A stretch of DNA of 64,000 nucleotides from a virus, in IMG/VR virus record IMGVR_UViG_3300040801_002121, one strand, 5' to 3'. Below are positions 51,101 through 59,854 of the stretch, piece after piece; position 1 is the first letter of the stretch, and every line of letters begins with the position of its first letter. A program made the translations under genes and the position numbers. Under the pieces are notes generated by a model. The model was not told where the DNA came from. It did no database searches and saw only the letters and a program-made list of their open reading frames with translations.

Positions 51101-51341
51101 TATGCGGTTCAAGTTCTCTTCCGACCGAGCGGAGGCTGGCTATGATAACATCGCTGCTGTCGTCACTGACTGGTTTGGTGCCCGCGAGATGCTTCTTGCG
51201 ATGGATGGTCAGACGAACAAGAAGCGTTGCTTCATCTTCCCGCCGCTCGATAAGGTTCGCGAGACGCTTTATGACCGTAAAGGCCTCGATATTGTCGCGA
51301 TGCCCGAAGAGACTATCAAGCAACTGCGTATTCGCGGGTAA
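48162..51341 (+). CDS. bifunctional AEP-type primase-polymerase / D5-like SF3 helicase
   Basis: AEP motifs GVDLDSG and YTTHSH; Zn-binding CPFEAEHS..CVHDAC; Walker A GDKGTGKST; Walker B LLMVCEEA. Confidence 0.75.
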   Translation: MLLTELISDIFARTTGAVTVINEDGEKLTSTDLIEVGKFASACDDPWIDLVTDKLEAIGTTVMGKADALLNEPTVVLADGAAFLFDGDPVAGDKQGFHWLPLVDLQETIDKAGSIDDIPWCASNEFDLSTEASQREITLMTGRNRSEYQGKWKPVPSTFGQFAAVLCDHLPGKKDGPCFLQGEAAGGTRKAVAMISNEILGVDLDSGAPLEDVIDTIQKFGLDAVIYTTHSHMKDTSVIKRDHFMKKMDTSDADPELLRDYLIEWKGILPAIVEDLEVIDDAHHSEEGIVILVKHKPMPKFRAVFSLKEPFVFAKRGGTQKDAIAEWKERYAGFCTALGLFFDEKCVDPARLFYLPRHPKGNTSFGSWRIVGDPLDLDKFDRVKISRRRKNQRGAGPANAFTDASGGESASDDDDRDRYKFDGKNLLSWAKKHAHKFEVQTMLEECIGGDFIREDRGGKPGVHVECPFEAEHSSFGGMGTFVVNASDNIEEGYDSGFTFTCVHDACSGRDRLDFLRELLEQELITWDDLTNPEFMIELEEEEDDEQSDSAYGNQPARQKRHTQQTPQEREQEHDEQVADDDFGDDEVSMLKAFNRRYAVIRTAAGVRILVEPRTPDEHVRFETQNDVALFERQRVLFLEQKNKSGGTSVQKVQAFQRWLEWDERRTYRDVVFKPGVKTPKDVYNLFRGWPYEPQETTWQDPMENFDKPVEGDWSMLRGHLYENICEKNDEWFEWFMTWMAQLFQNPSSKPGSTVVITGDKGTGKSTLFDFLNQLLGRCGITVSQRKQIVGQFNGHLAECLLMVCEEAFWAADPQAEGVLKDMITNRSMLIERKGADPIQADNYTRLALISNSDWVVPASLKDERRFFVLRCGNQRRGDIHFWEDCRNQMMKKGGLEAMLYDLMHWEPSNGTFGSLFTPPHTPYLQQQQIETLSGLQKFMLELVKAGVYEPTDDHYEPIELSATEETKVWALHMRGAVQDYMRFKFSSDRAEAGYDNIAAVVTDWFGAREMLLAMDGQTNKKRCFIFPPLDKVRETLYDRKGLDIVAMPEETIKQLRIRG

Positions 51342-51382
51342 CTGTAAAGTTTTGCTTGACGGTGGGGCGGAAACCTCCTAGT

Positions 51383-51409
51383 GAACCGGTTACTGAAATT
51401 GACCGGTTC
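51383..51409 (+). promoter_or_regulatory. perfect 8-bp inverted repeat in the rtcB leader (operator or RNA hairpin)
   Basis: GAACCGGT-tactgaaattg-ACCGGTTC, 14 nt upstream of the rtcB ATG. A weak promoter, GTTTTGC-TTGACG (51356-51361), lies upstream. Confidence 0.45.
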
Positions 51410-51423
51410 ACAAAGGAGGGCAC

Positions 51424-52665
51424 ATGCGAGTTCATCAAGTCGAAGACCCGTTCGGGCGTAAGAAGCTGATCAAGATGTGGGAGCCGGAAGGGCACCCGTT
51501 CGAAGAGCAGGCTGTTGCCCAGATCGAGAACATGGCTCGAATGCCGTTTATCCACAAGCATGTCGCTGTCATGCCGGACGCACATGCCGGTAAGGGATCG
51601 ACCGTAGGCACGGTGATTGCAACCAAGGGTGCGATCGTTCCGGCCGCCGTGGGTGTTGACATCGGCTGTGGTATGATAGCCGCTCGCACCTCTTTGACTT
51701 CAAACGATCTTCCAGACACCTTGTCGCATATTCGCGGCATGATCGAAGCGGCTGTGCCTCATGGACGCGGCTCGATGGATCAAATCCGCCGTGGTGCTGA
51801 TCCCGGTTCGCATTCGGAGCCGCCACGCGAAGCGATCGTGGCGATGAATGAACTATCGAAGCGCTATCGCGACATCATTGCGAAGCATCCGAAGATCGCG
51901 CAGCGTCGTTCGCCTGATTACCACATGGGCACGCTCGGCACCGGCAACCACTTCATCGAGATTTGCCTTGATGAGGATGACCGCGTTTGGGTCATGCTCC
52001 ACTCGGGCTCGCGTGGTATCGGCAACTCCATTGGCAGCTACTTCATCGAGCAAGCCAAGAAGGAAATGGAGCGTTATCACATCGCTCAGTATCTCCCGGA
52101 CGCCGACTTGAGCTATTTGGTGGAACACACCGAGGTGTATGACGATTACGTCGAAGCCGTGGGGTGGGCTCAGGATTTCGCGTTGGCCAACCGCCGCGTG
52201 ATGATGGAGGCTGTGTTGGCCGTAATGCGCCAGACGCTCCCGCCCCATCTCGTCGAGACCAGTGCGGTCGAATGCCATCACAACTATGTGACCCGTGAGA
52301 ACCATTACGGAGAGAACGTCTGGGTGACCCGTAAGGGCGCTGTGCAAGCTCGTGAAGGCACGCTTGGCATCATTCCGGGGTCGATGGGCACCGGCAGCTT
52401 TATCGTGCGTGGAAAGGGCAACCATCACGCATTTCACTCGTGCAGTCATGGTGCTGGGCGCGTGATGAGTCGCGCCAAGGCCAAGAAGACCATCACGCTC
52501 GACCAACACCGCGAGGCGATGCAGGGGATCGAAGCCCGCGTTGATGCAGACGTGATCGATGAAAGCCCGGCCGCCTACAAGCCGATTGGTGCTGTGATGG
52601 ATGCCCAAGACGATCTAGTGGAAATTGTCCATCGTTTGCGTCAAATCCTGAACGTAAAGGGCTGA
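51424..52665 (+). CDS. rtcB: RtcB RNA 3'-phosphate/5'-OH ligase
   Basis: MPDAHAGKGSTVG, GTGNHFIE, CHHNY, SCSHGAGR. Confidence 0.92.
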   Translation: MRVHQVEDPFGRKKLIKMWEPEGHPFEEQAVAQIENMARMPFIHKHVAVMPDAHAGKGSTVGTVIATKGAIVPAAVGVDIGCGMIAARTSLTSNDLPDTLSHIRGMIEAAVPHGRGSMDQIRRGADPGSHSEPPREAIVAMNELSKRYRDIIAKHPKIAQRRSPDYHMGTLGTGNHFIEICLDEDDRVWVMLHSGSRGIGNSIGSYFIEQAKKEMERYHIAQYLPDADLSYLVEHTEVYDDYVEAVGWAQDFALANRRVMMEAVLAVMRQTLPPHLVETSAVECHHNYVTRENHYGENVWVTRKGAVQAREGTLGIIPGSMGTGSFIVRGKGNHHAFHSCSHGAGRVMSRAKAKKTITLDQHREAMQGIEARVDADVIDESPAAYKPIGAVMDAQDDLVEIVHRLRQILNVKG

Positions 52666-52667
52666 TC

Positions 52668-52922
52668 ATGGTAATTACACCATACACAGAAGATGATCTT
52701 GATAGCGCCATCGCCGCTTCTGTCAGCATTCTCTGGTGGCGGGTTAATGGACCAAGCAGCGTTGGTTACACCCGGATCATGGCTATTCGCGAAGCGATGA
52801 TGAACCGCTGGGAACGAATGATGCCTGAGAACAATGACTCAGCCATCATTCGTCAGGCGTGGCGTGATCTCTCGAAGCTTGGTCATTTTGATTTTCGTGT
52901 TGAGGAGGATGTCGATGCCTAA
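52668..52922 (+). CDS. hypothetical protein
   Basis: 84-aa ORF 2 nt after the rtcB stop. Confidence 0.55.
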   Translation: MVITPYTEDDLDSAIAASVSILWWRVNGPSSVGYTRIMAIREAMMNRWERMMPENNDSAIIRQAWRDLSKLGHFDFRVEEDVDA

Positions 52923-53343
52923 AGTTATCCTGTTTTCAGGTTGGTATACCCGTGAATTGTGCGAGCAGCACCGTGACAAACTATTTGTCTTTGGCGACAA
53001 TACAAAACGGTTCGGAATGGGTGGTCAAGCCATTATCCGCAATCAACGAAACTCGATCGGGATCGCAACGAAGCGACTTCCCGCCATGAGCAAGGAATCT
53101 TTTTTCTCTGACAAGGAGCCAGCACACATGCTCTTTGTTCTCGACGACATTGGACGTGTCTGGGATCGGCTAGAAGCCGGAGAGACTGTTGTCATCCCTG
53201 TCAACGACATAGGCAAGCCGACCCTTGGGCTTGAACGCGCTGAACTTCCCAGCCGAGCGCCGATGATCTACGAAGCCATCTGTCGCCACGTGGGAGAGAT
53301 GGTTGAGGCTTACGGAGATGGATTGATAGTTGATACCTTGTGA
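52915..53343 (+). CDS. hypothetical protein (possible SLOG/Rossmann-like nucleotide-binding fold)
   Basis: ATG 52915 behind GAGGAGG. LFVFGDNTKRFGMGGQAIIRNQRNSIGIATK resembles the FvFG.N..G.hG.G.A..A...GI.T pattern. Confidence 0.35.
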   Translation: MPKVILFSGWYTRELCEQHRDKLFVFGDNTKRFGMGGQAIIRNQRNSIGIATKRLPAMSKESFFSDKEPAHMLFVLDDIGRVWDRLEAGETVVIPVNDIGKPTLGLERAELPSRAPMIYEAICRHVGEMVEAYGDGLIVDTL

Positions 53344-53672
53344 TGCATGATGAACAACAACAGGTCGATTCTTTACAAGGCTTCATCTACGGCCTGAATT
53401 ATTTCTTAAAACGCGGCTACGATCCTGTTGACCTACAAGTCTTGTGCGGAATCAAGATGATACGTTTGCGGGCTCCTATGGAATCCCCTCGCGTTGCAGA
53501 TTTGGTGAAGACGCTACGGCTTCCTGCCTGTTCGGTGGAAAAATCGTTACAAGTTCTGGAAGACAACGGCTTAGTTCATCGAGAAATTCCCAAATATGGT
53601 GATCTTGATAAGTCAACTTATCGGTTAGCTGCAAAAGGTGGCACCATGATGAAGAAAATGCTCCAGCCTTAA
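53340..53672 (+). CDS. winged-helix (MarR-like) DNA-binding protein
   Basis: RVADLVKTLRLPACSVEKSLQVLEDNGLVHRE. Confidence 0.4.
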   Translation: MMHDEQQQVDSLQGFIYGLNYFLKRGYDPVDLQVLCGIKMIRLRAPMESPRVADLVKTLRLPACSVEKSLQVLEDNGLVHREIPKYGDLDKSTYRLAAKGGTMMKKMLQP

Positions 53673-53679
53673 AATCAGC

Positions 53680-53708
53680 TTGCTTTCCACCGCAACTTTT
53701 GCTATACT
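53680..53708 (+). promoter_or_regulatory. promoter (spacer carries ACCGCAACTTTT)
   Basis: TTGCTT (53680-53685), 17 nt, TATACT (53703-53708). Confidence 0.6.
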
Positions 53709-53756
53709 GTGGCACTCACTTAAATTCGCCGGGTCGCAACCCTTGGAGCCACAGCT

Positions 53757-54113
53757 ATGACCGTTGTCGTCCTTGCTACGATCCTAAGCTTAATCGCATT
53801 GATCACAGGAATCGCAGCGGTTGGTAAAGGATCGAACTGGAAGTTCACACCAAAAGACATCATGAAAGGTCGCCGTAATGCGATCATTTATGTCTGGGTG
53901 ACCTTTTCGACAATTTTTTCGCTTTTTCATACCGCCGCCAATTTCGGATACATTCTCGATCCTGTCTGGGGGATAGGTCCCGGCATCCAAATGTGGTTCT
54001 GGTTACACGCCGCCGTTGGTCTGCTTCTTACCGGAGCACATGCCATCATCCATTTTACTCTAATCCGCGACAACCTTCTTGAAACCTACTTTTGGGGTGA
54101 TGGCCAACCGTAA
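53757..54113 (+). CDS. membrane protein (3-4 TM)
   Basis: Hydrophobic segments throughout; 118 aa. Confidence 0.6.
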   Translation: MTVVVLATILSLIALITGIAAVGKGSNWKFTPKDIMKGRRNAIIYVWVTFSTIFSLFHTAANFGYILDPVWGIGPGIQMWFWLHAAVGLLLTGAHAIIHFTLIRDNLLETYFWGDGQP

Positions 54114-54592
54114 TGCCGTTTGATCCGATCCTTGCCACTCTGCGTGATGAACAGACACAGCAACTTGTTTGGATCGGTGTAGCCGGTGCGAGCGTGGTTT
54201 TGCTGCAATCGATTCTGTCCGGAACGCGCCGCTCTTGGTTCAAGCTGATTGCTTCGTGCGTCATCGGCGGGTCGGCGGCTGCGTTGACTGGTCATGTCTT
54301 TTCGGATTCTCCGTATGTCTATTTGTATTGCGGTATCGCGGCCGTAATGGCAGAGAACATTATCTTTGGTCTCTACAACGCCTCGGAAGAGTTCAAGGAA
54401 AACCCGATCAACACCTTCGCCCAGCTTTGGCGTATTATGGTGCCTGCTTGGGGGCGTCGCACTGACAAGCCGGGGCTTGATCTCCCTACAGACGGACCGA
54501 GTGACCACGAACAAGGTGGAGGTTACCAACCACCTCCGCGTCGCCGTCATCGTCGAGATTTCGACGACTACGATGGCCCTCCCTTTGGTTGA
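54113..54592 (+). CDS. membrane protein (possible holin-like), Pro/Arg-rich tail
   Basis: Three hydrophobic helices, then DGPSDHEQGGGYQPPPRRRHRRDFDDYDGPPFG. Confidence 0.5.
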   Translation: MPFDPILATLRDEQTQQLVWIGVAGASVVLLQSILSGTRRSWFKLIASCVIGGSAAALTGHVFSDSPYVYLYCGIAAVMAENIIFGLYNASEEFKENPINTFAQLWRIMVPAWGRRTDKPGLDLPTDGPSDHEQGGGYQPPPRRRHRRDFDDYDGPPFG

Positions 54593-54711
54593 CCCCCACG
54601 CTAAAGCGTGTCTCCCAGCGAACGCCTCGACAGTAATGTCGGGGCGTTTTGCGTTGACAGACAGGAATAATTATCCTACGAGATTGGCGTTAGCCAGTTG
54701 AAAGGGGACTT

Positions 54712-55122
54712 ATGCCTGATTACCATACCGTCGCGATGATGGGCGATAGCGTTATCGCCACCCTGCCTCCCGGAGAGCGTGGCTCCTGTCCTAATTGCGG
54801 GACTGCCTTAGACGGTGGTGGAATCTGGTTGCATTTCTACCACGATTTCACCGAGGGCCGGGGTTACTGGCTCGATGAGAAAGACAAGTTTCTGGAAGGT
54901 AGCAAAAAGCGGATGCTCTCTCAAGAAGAGGCAGCGGAGGTCGCCGATAAAGTGGCAGCGAATTATGGCGCTAACCGGACGAAGGGCCGCTGGGGAACTG
55001 CAATCGCTCTTGTGTGTAACGATCGTGTGCAATCTCACGCTTGTGGGGAGTGCCGTGCTATCTGGGACGATGCTGGCTTGACCGGTAATTTTCTTGACCG
55101 GGAGACACACAAAATTGGCTGA
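54712..55122 (+). CDS. hypothetical Zn-ribbon protein
   Basis: CPNCGT ... CGEC cysteine pairs. Confidence 0.5.
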   Translation: MPDYHTVAMMGDSVIATLPPGERGSCPNCGTALDGGGIWLHFYHDFTEGRGYWLDEKDKFLEGSKKRMLSQEEAAEVADKVAANYGANRTKGRWGTAIALVCNDRVQSHACGECRAIWDDAGLTGNFLDRETHKIG

Positions 55123-55732
55123 GCGTTTCTTCATTGCTGATACTCACTTCGGACACCGAGGTATGGTCAAATTCGCCCGGCCTAATGGTGATGCTGTGCG
55201 GCCGCTCTGGGGACGAGTCGATCCGGATATGTCCGATGAGGAAGCCTATGATCGGGTCGCCAAGATGAATGAGGACATGATCGAGCGGTGGAACGCAGTG
55301 GTAAGCCCCGGCGATAAGGTGGACATACTAGGTGATGTAACGATCGGCCGACGCCCCCTTCTGGATGTGATCCCGCGCCTCAACGGCAAGAAGCGACTAC
55401 GCTCTGGGAACCACGATCTCTACCATAAAGACTATCCGAAACTCTTCAAAGAGATTACGGCCTACAAGGTCTACGACGGGTTCTTGTGCTCTCACATCCC
55501 TATTCACACCAGCGAAATCGCCCGGTGGGGCGGCAACCTGCATGGGCACCTGCACACGGAACGAGTGATGCGGCACCGGCAGTGGATAGAGAGCGGTGAG
55601 GTTCATATGGTCTCGGAGATCGATCCGGACTACCTGTGCGTCTCAGCCGAACATACAAATTTTGCTCCGATCTCAATGGATGAGGTTCGCGAGCGCTTTG
55701 CAAAACAACGTGAGGAAACGTGCAATGTCTAA
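55094..55732 (+). CDS. calcineurin-like metallophosphoesterase (start uncertain; TTG 55094 or 55115)
   Basis: FFIADTHFGH, ILGDV, GNHD, GHLH motifs. Confidence 0.7.
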   Translation: MTGRHTKLAERFFIADTHFGHRGMVKFARPNGDAVRPLWGRVDPDMSDEEAYDRVAKMNEDMIERWNAVVSPGDKVDILGDVTIGRRPLLDVIPRLNGKKRLRSGNHDLYHKDYPKLFKEITAYKVYDGFLCSHIPIHTSEIARWGGNLHGHLHTERVMRHRQWIESGEVHMVSEIDPDYLCVSAEHTNFAPISMDEVRERFAKQREETCNV

Positions 55733-55985
55733 TCGACCAACACCTAAAAAGCCCAACACGCCCAAGGAAGCTGTCTTGGCTTTCCGGGAGCGCCACCAAC
55801 TCGATCAGCCTGAGATGGATCGGCTCATGGGTTTTTCGTCACTCGGACGCACTACGCGCCGGTGGGAGGCTGAGGGAGCCCCTTACTACGTGTCCTTGCT
55901 GATTGCCTATGGAGACGCTTATGGTCTCGATCTCATGCGCCAGATGGCGGCTGAACTGGAAGAACAACAACTCGAAGAGGCTTGA
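55725..55985 (+). CDS. small HTH (XRE-like) protein
   Basis: ATG 55725 overlaps the upstream stop. AFRERHQLDQPEMDRLMGFSSLGRTTRRWEAEG. Confidence 0.45.
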   Translation: MSNRPTPKKPNTPKEAVLAFRERHQLDQPEMDRLMGFSSLGRTTRRWEAEGAPYYVSLLIAYGDAYGLDLMRQMAAELEEQQLEEA

Positions 55986-56051
55986 CATCGATTCTAAATG
56001 AGCGCATTACACTCTTGAGACAGTGACCTTCATCATTGTTTCGGTGGCTCT

Positions 56052-56081
56052 CGCCCCAGTTCACTTCGGTGAACTGGGGCG
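56052..56081. terminator. bidirectional hairpin between convergent gene blocks
   Basis: Perfect 13-bp stem CGCCCCAGTTCAC-TTCG-GTGAACTGGGGCG. Overlaps the 3' end of the minus-strand ORF. Confidence 0.6.
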
Positions 56082-56252
56082 AAGTCGTTTTGGAAGGTGG
56101 ATTTCGTATCCAAGCCCAATCAGTTCATCGAGCACGAAAATTGCATCGCTATGATTGGGATCATCAAGGCCAGTGTCGTAAAGTGCTTGTAGCACCGCCC
56201 GCACAGTGGGCTCCTCCGGTGCTAGATCGGATCGGCGCAGTGGTGTGGTCAT
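56061..56252 (-). CDS. hypothetical protein
   Basis: 63 aa; ATGA coupling to the upstream gene. Confidence 0.5.
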   Translation of the reverse strand: MTTPLRRSDLAPEEPTVRAVLQALYDTGLDDPNHSDAIFVLDELIGLGYEIHLPKRLRPSSPK

Positions 56253-56578
56253 ACCTCCGCTTCACCTCGCACCCACATCGCTACAGGCGGTAGCGAAGTC
56301 CCGGAGATCATAAGACGGATCGGCTGGCCTGCTTTGAGTAGTTCGAGATCATCAGGTGTGGGCACCCATTCAGAGACGTAGACTGGAAAGACCTCTTCAC
56401 CAGAGGGAAGCTGACTGCGCTGGACGCGAGCAGCGGGCTCTGCCAGCATATCGGCTGTCGCCACCATACGACGCACACACAGCGTCCCACAGTCCTTCTC
56501 TTCCCAGTCTTTGGGCTTGCCCATCTTCATGTAATAATCAGGTGCCTCGGGGTGAGGCCCAATGTCGGTCGGTTTCAT
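56249..56578 (-). CDS. hypothetical protein
   Basis: Start moved to MKPTDIG (ATG 56578) behind GGAGCC. Confidence 0.55.
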   Translation of the reverse strand: MKPTDIGPHPEAPDYYMKMGKPKDWEEKDCGTLCVRRMVATADMLAEPAARVQRSQLPSGEEVFPVYVSEWVPTPDDLELLKAGQPIRLMISGTSLPPVAMWVRGEAEV

Positions 56579-56640
56579 GTTGGCTCCTGTGAATGAGTGA
56601 CCCCGAGGGCATACCAAAAGTTGCCCTCGGGGTCAAACAA

Positions 56641-57369
56641 TTAACGACTGAGCCAGCCTTGCTCATCGAGATGGTCGGGATGTTCCAGCGCTTCCTCGAT
56701 CCGATCAAGAGTCTCGGACCAGTCGTAGTGGCAAGTCTGGATTCCCTTGGGGAACTTCTCGGTCGGTTCGATCACATAATCGGTCCAGTCCGTGTCTCGA
56801 ACTACCCGGCCTTTGAGGCCATGCTTTTTGAGGAGCTTGCGAAGATCGCGCAAGTCCGGATCGACTGGCTTACGCTTAGTCTCCTTGGTTTTTGAAAGCC
56901 GAGCCAAAGTCTTCTTGGTTGGTTTCAGTTTGCCCGGTTCCATCCAACCTGACTTGATTGCGTAGGTGACCAAGCGGCCTTCAAGCTGCGCCTGCCGACG
57001 GCTATGAGGTGCGTCCAAGGGGTGGAGCCTCATATGGGCAAGGTGACTGATTGAGTGAATGATCTCACGCAAACCACGCGATCCGGTCCAGATATGCTCA
57101 TCCGGGTTGACACTCATGACACCGTTACGGACCCACGTGCGGCGGTTGCCGCTAGTCAGCTTGACTTTCCCGGTGAAAGAACGGCCCATGGCTTTACGAT
57201 AAAGCCGCAGAGCCGCTTCGACCGAAGCTTCGGGAGAGAGCACCGGATACTCTCCACCGAACTTCTCGTTCACGAGTCTATCCCAGAGGGACTTGTCTCG
57301 CTTAGTTCCAAGTTTTTTCAAGAATCGTCTCCTTCGTTTGTCGTCATTGACAAACAAGCTATAGGACAA
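56641..57369 (-). CDS. hypothetical basic protein
   Basis: 242-aa ORF. Confidence 0.6.
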   Translation of the reverse strand: MSYSLFVNDDKRRRRFLKKLGTKRDKSLWDRLVNEKFGGEYPVLSPEASVEAALRLYRKAMGRSFTGKVKLTSGNRRTWVRNGVMSVNPDEHIWTGSRGLREIIHSISHLAHMRLHPLDAPHSRRQAQLEGRLVTYAIKSGWMEPGKLKPTKKTLARLSKTKETKRKPVDPDLRDLRKLLKKHGLKGRVVRDTDWTDYVIEPTEKFPKGIQTCHYDWSETLDRIEEALEHPDHLDEQGWLSR

Positions 57370-57403
57370 TTCTTCCGGTTTGTCAACCCAGCCGATTCAG
57401 GGC

Positions 57404-57670
57404 TTAGCCCGGATTACGGTCTCGCGCCCGGCGAAAACGGTAGGTTTTGCGGCGCGGCCGCTCGGCTTCGCGGATCGCGTCGCGAATCTGGCGACGCTGG
57501 AATTGAGCCCGGTTGGTGTAGGGCGAGCGAGCGCGGTCGCGTCGTTCGGCACGATCACGATCACGTTGCTCCGCACGGTCGCGGCGGTCATTCCGGTCCG
57601 GGTCATCGGCGGCCGCAGGGGCCGCCAGCGCGGCCAGCGCGAGGGCTAGGATATAATGGATTAGTTTCAT
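57404..57670 (-). CDS. secreted Arg/Asp-rich small protein
   Basis: AAGGAGG RBS; signal peptide MKLIHYILALALAALAAPAAA; then DRNDRRDRAEQRDRDRAERRDRAR. Confidence 0.6.
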   Translation of the reverse strand: MKLIHYILALALAALAAPAAADDPDRNDRRDRAEQRDRDRAERRDRARSPYTNRAQFQRRQIRDAIREAERPRRKTYRFRRARDRNPG

Positions 57671-57686
57671 TCTTTTCCTCCTTGAG

Positions 57687-58631
57687 TTACCACCCGAACC
57701 GCTCGGCGCAGATGGGTCCGATCCCGCGATCGATCGATTCATGGTTCGTCAGCGTGCGGCTGCACACCGAGCATTTACCTTCTCGGCGTCCGTAGGCGAT
57801 CGCGGCCGCCTCCGGGTCAGAAGCGGCTTCAATGATCCGCTTCTTATCTTCGTCCGTGCATTTGAAGGCACGGAAGAATCTCCCATCGGTGATCTTACCA
57901 TAATACTGGCGTTCACCCATGTCGTCTTTCTCGATCGACTTGACGTAGATCGACCCAGCATTGCGGCCCGAACGCACGATCGAGAAGATATAAGCATCGA
58001 GTCGCAGCTTTGGATATTTGATCGACTGATCAAGCGCGTTGTGGAACGCGAGCATAATCTTGTCGAGAGCTTCGACGTTGATGTCCGGCGCGCGGTTGGC
58101 GATTTCCTCGCGTTCTTTTTCGCGCTGGAGGTCTTGAGCCAAGCAACGACGCACGGCGGCGAGTTGCTTTTCCGACAGCGATCCGCGCTGGCACAGAGAC
58201 TCAAACAACGACTTGGCGAAGTCGAAAGTCGGGGCCTTGGCGACGAGCCATTGAAACTCGTCCTTGTGCTCTTCCATCCAAGCTTCGATCTTGGCCGACA
58301 ATTCGGCCTGACGACGCTGCTTGACAGCTTCACGCTGTTCGGCGCTCTTGGCGCGAGCCTCCGGCGAGGTCTTGAAGACCAGATAACCGGTGCCCTTGCA
58401 CTTGAAGCAGTTGCCAACCACACGACCGGTGTAGCTGGTAAAGCGGCCAGAGCCATGACACTTCGGACACTTCTCTTTATACTCCTGCTTGGCGGGAGCG
58501 TGCGGCACCTGATCGGCAGCCTTGTGTCGCGAAAGGTGATCGAGCACCATATCAGCACGTTCATCGCTGACAGGCTCGGACGAACCAAAGAGATCGCTCA
58601 GGTCATCGTCAAAATCATATTTCTCACACAT
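57687..58631 (-). CDS. zinc-finger protein (DnaJ-type CxxCxGxG) with C-terminal GIGPxC motif
   Basis: CPKCHGSGRF..CFKCKGTGYL and CSVCSRTL..SIDRGIGPICAERFGW. Confidence 0.5.
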   Translation of the reverse strand: MCEKYDFDDDLSDLFGSSEPVSDERADMVLDHLSRHKAADQVPHAPAKQEYKEKCPKCHGSGRFTSYTGRVVGNCFKCKGTGYLVFKTSPEARAKSAEQREAVKQRRQAELSAKIEAWMEEHKDEFQWLVAKAPTFDFAKSLFESLCQRGSLSEKQLAAVRRCLAQDLQREKEREEIANRAPDINVEALDKIMLAFHNALDQSIKYPKLRLDAYIFSIVRSGRNAGSIYVKSIEKDDMGERQYYGKITDGRFFRAFKCTDEDKKRIIEAASDPEAAAIAYGRREGKCSVCSRTLTNHESIDRGIGPICAERFGW

Positions 58632-58735
58632 CTGTCTGCCTCCTGATTCGTTGTTACACGAATGGAGTAGCTGATTCGTAGCAATGAGTCAATATAATTC
58701 GTTGAGGTATTTTTCCATGAGTCGGCGGAGCCGAC

Positions 58736-59614
58736 TCATGCCTCCTCTTTCCACTTTGAGCCTCCGCGTTCCATGGCGTAACTGGCGTCAGTGATACCAA
58801 GCTCAGGGTTTCCCCGTGTGTGGGGAGGCACAAGGACCACAGAGACGTTCTTGTAGCGCGGATGGACCAAATACCGCAAATGGGCCCGAACAAAGTGCAG
58901 GCACCGCTCAGGACCATCTCCTTGCCCCTCCTGCACCTTGAGAACATGCTTATCGATGTTCAGACGCACTTGGTGGTGTGGGTGGTAAAGATATTTCCCA
59001 CGCTTCAAGCGCCGAGCGTTGAACTTCTCCATGTCGTGATGATCCTTGCGGATCAGTTTCGGAGAGTTCAAAAACGCCAACAGCGTAAATAGCACTTTCT
59101 TCATGTTGGACATGAAGTCGTTCAGCCGCACTTTGGCGAGAATTGGATCAACAGACGCTATGCTTGTTGGTTGGATCAAATTAAACAGCTTGCGAGTTCG
59201 TTCATCGATACCAAGCTGATCAGCCTTCATCGCCGCATATTGCTGGAGATCGATAAACTCCATGCTATAATCCGGCAAGCTGACTTTGAACGGAACCAAA
59301 TGAGGTTCCTTTTCTCCGGGGAATTGAGCAATGATCATGCCGATCCCACGAGTAACGCTGCGTCCTTCTTCCCCGTGGAAGTAGATGCCCATCTGAACGC
59401 CAGCCAGCTTGAACTCCATCCAAGTATCGTAGTCCGGCCAGACCACAAATTTGGCGATCTTGGCCAGCCGATCGCTGTCGCGCTCAGCGAGTTGTGTAGC
59501 GTGTTCGATAACGTCGTCGTGAATTTGCATCATCCGGGTGCCGTCGAACAGCGCCTTTAGAGAATGATAGAAATTGTCCTTGACGAATTGCTCAGGAAGT
59601 TTGTCAGCCCACAT
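58736..59614 (-). CDS. hypothetical protein
   Basis: Start moved to MWADKLPEQ (ATG 59614), which overlaps the upstream stop (TGATG). Confidence 0.6.
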   Translation of the reverse strand: MWADKLPEQFVKDNFYHSLKALFDGTRMMQIHDDVIEHATQLAERDSDRLAKIAKFVVWPDYDTWMEFKLAGVQMGIYFHGEEGRSVTRGIGMIIAQFPGEKEPHLVPFKVSLPDYSMEFIDLQQYAAMKADQLGIDERTRKLFNLIQPTSIASVDPILAKVRLNDFMSNMKKVLFTLLAFLNSPKLIRKDHHDMEKFNARRLKRGKYLYHPHHQVRLNIDKHVLKVQEGQGDGPERCLHFVRAHLRYLVHPRYKNVSVVLVPPHTRGNPELGITDASYAMERGGSKWKEEA

Positions 59615-59853
59615 CAGACCCGCGCTCCTTGTGCTCGCAGAATGCGCTTGAGTTCGCACAAGCTGTTGGTGCGTCCTTTGCCTGCGACACGGCCCGTCAT
59701 GGCGTAGAAGAACTTATGTCGCTCTCCTCTGATCTCGTATACGATGACGCCGTGGCCTTTCTTGGTGGAGCCCACCTCGATAACCTTCACATTGGCGTCA
59801 TCACATATCCTAAGCAGATTTTCTTCGTGCTGCTTGCACTCTTTCATGCTCAT
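59614..59853 (-). CDS. hypothetical protein
   Basis: Start moved to MSMKECK (ATG 59853), right after the NAMPT stop. Confidence 0.5.
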   Translation of the reverse strand: MSMKECKQHEENLLRICDDANVKVIEVGSTKKGHGVIVYEIRGERHKFFYAMTGRVAGKGRTNSLCELKRILRAQGARV

Positions 59854-59854
59854 T

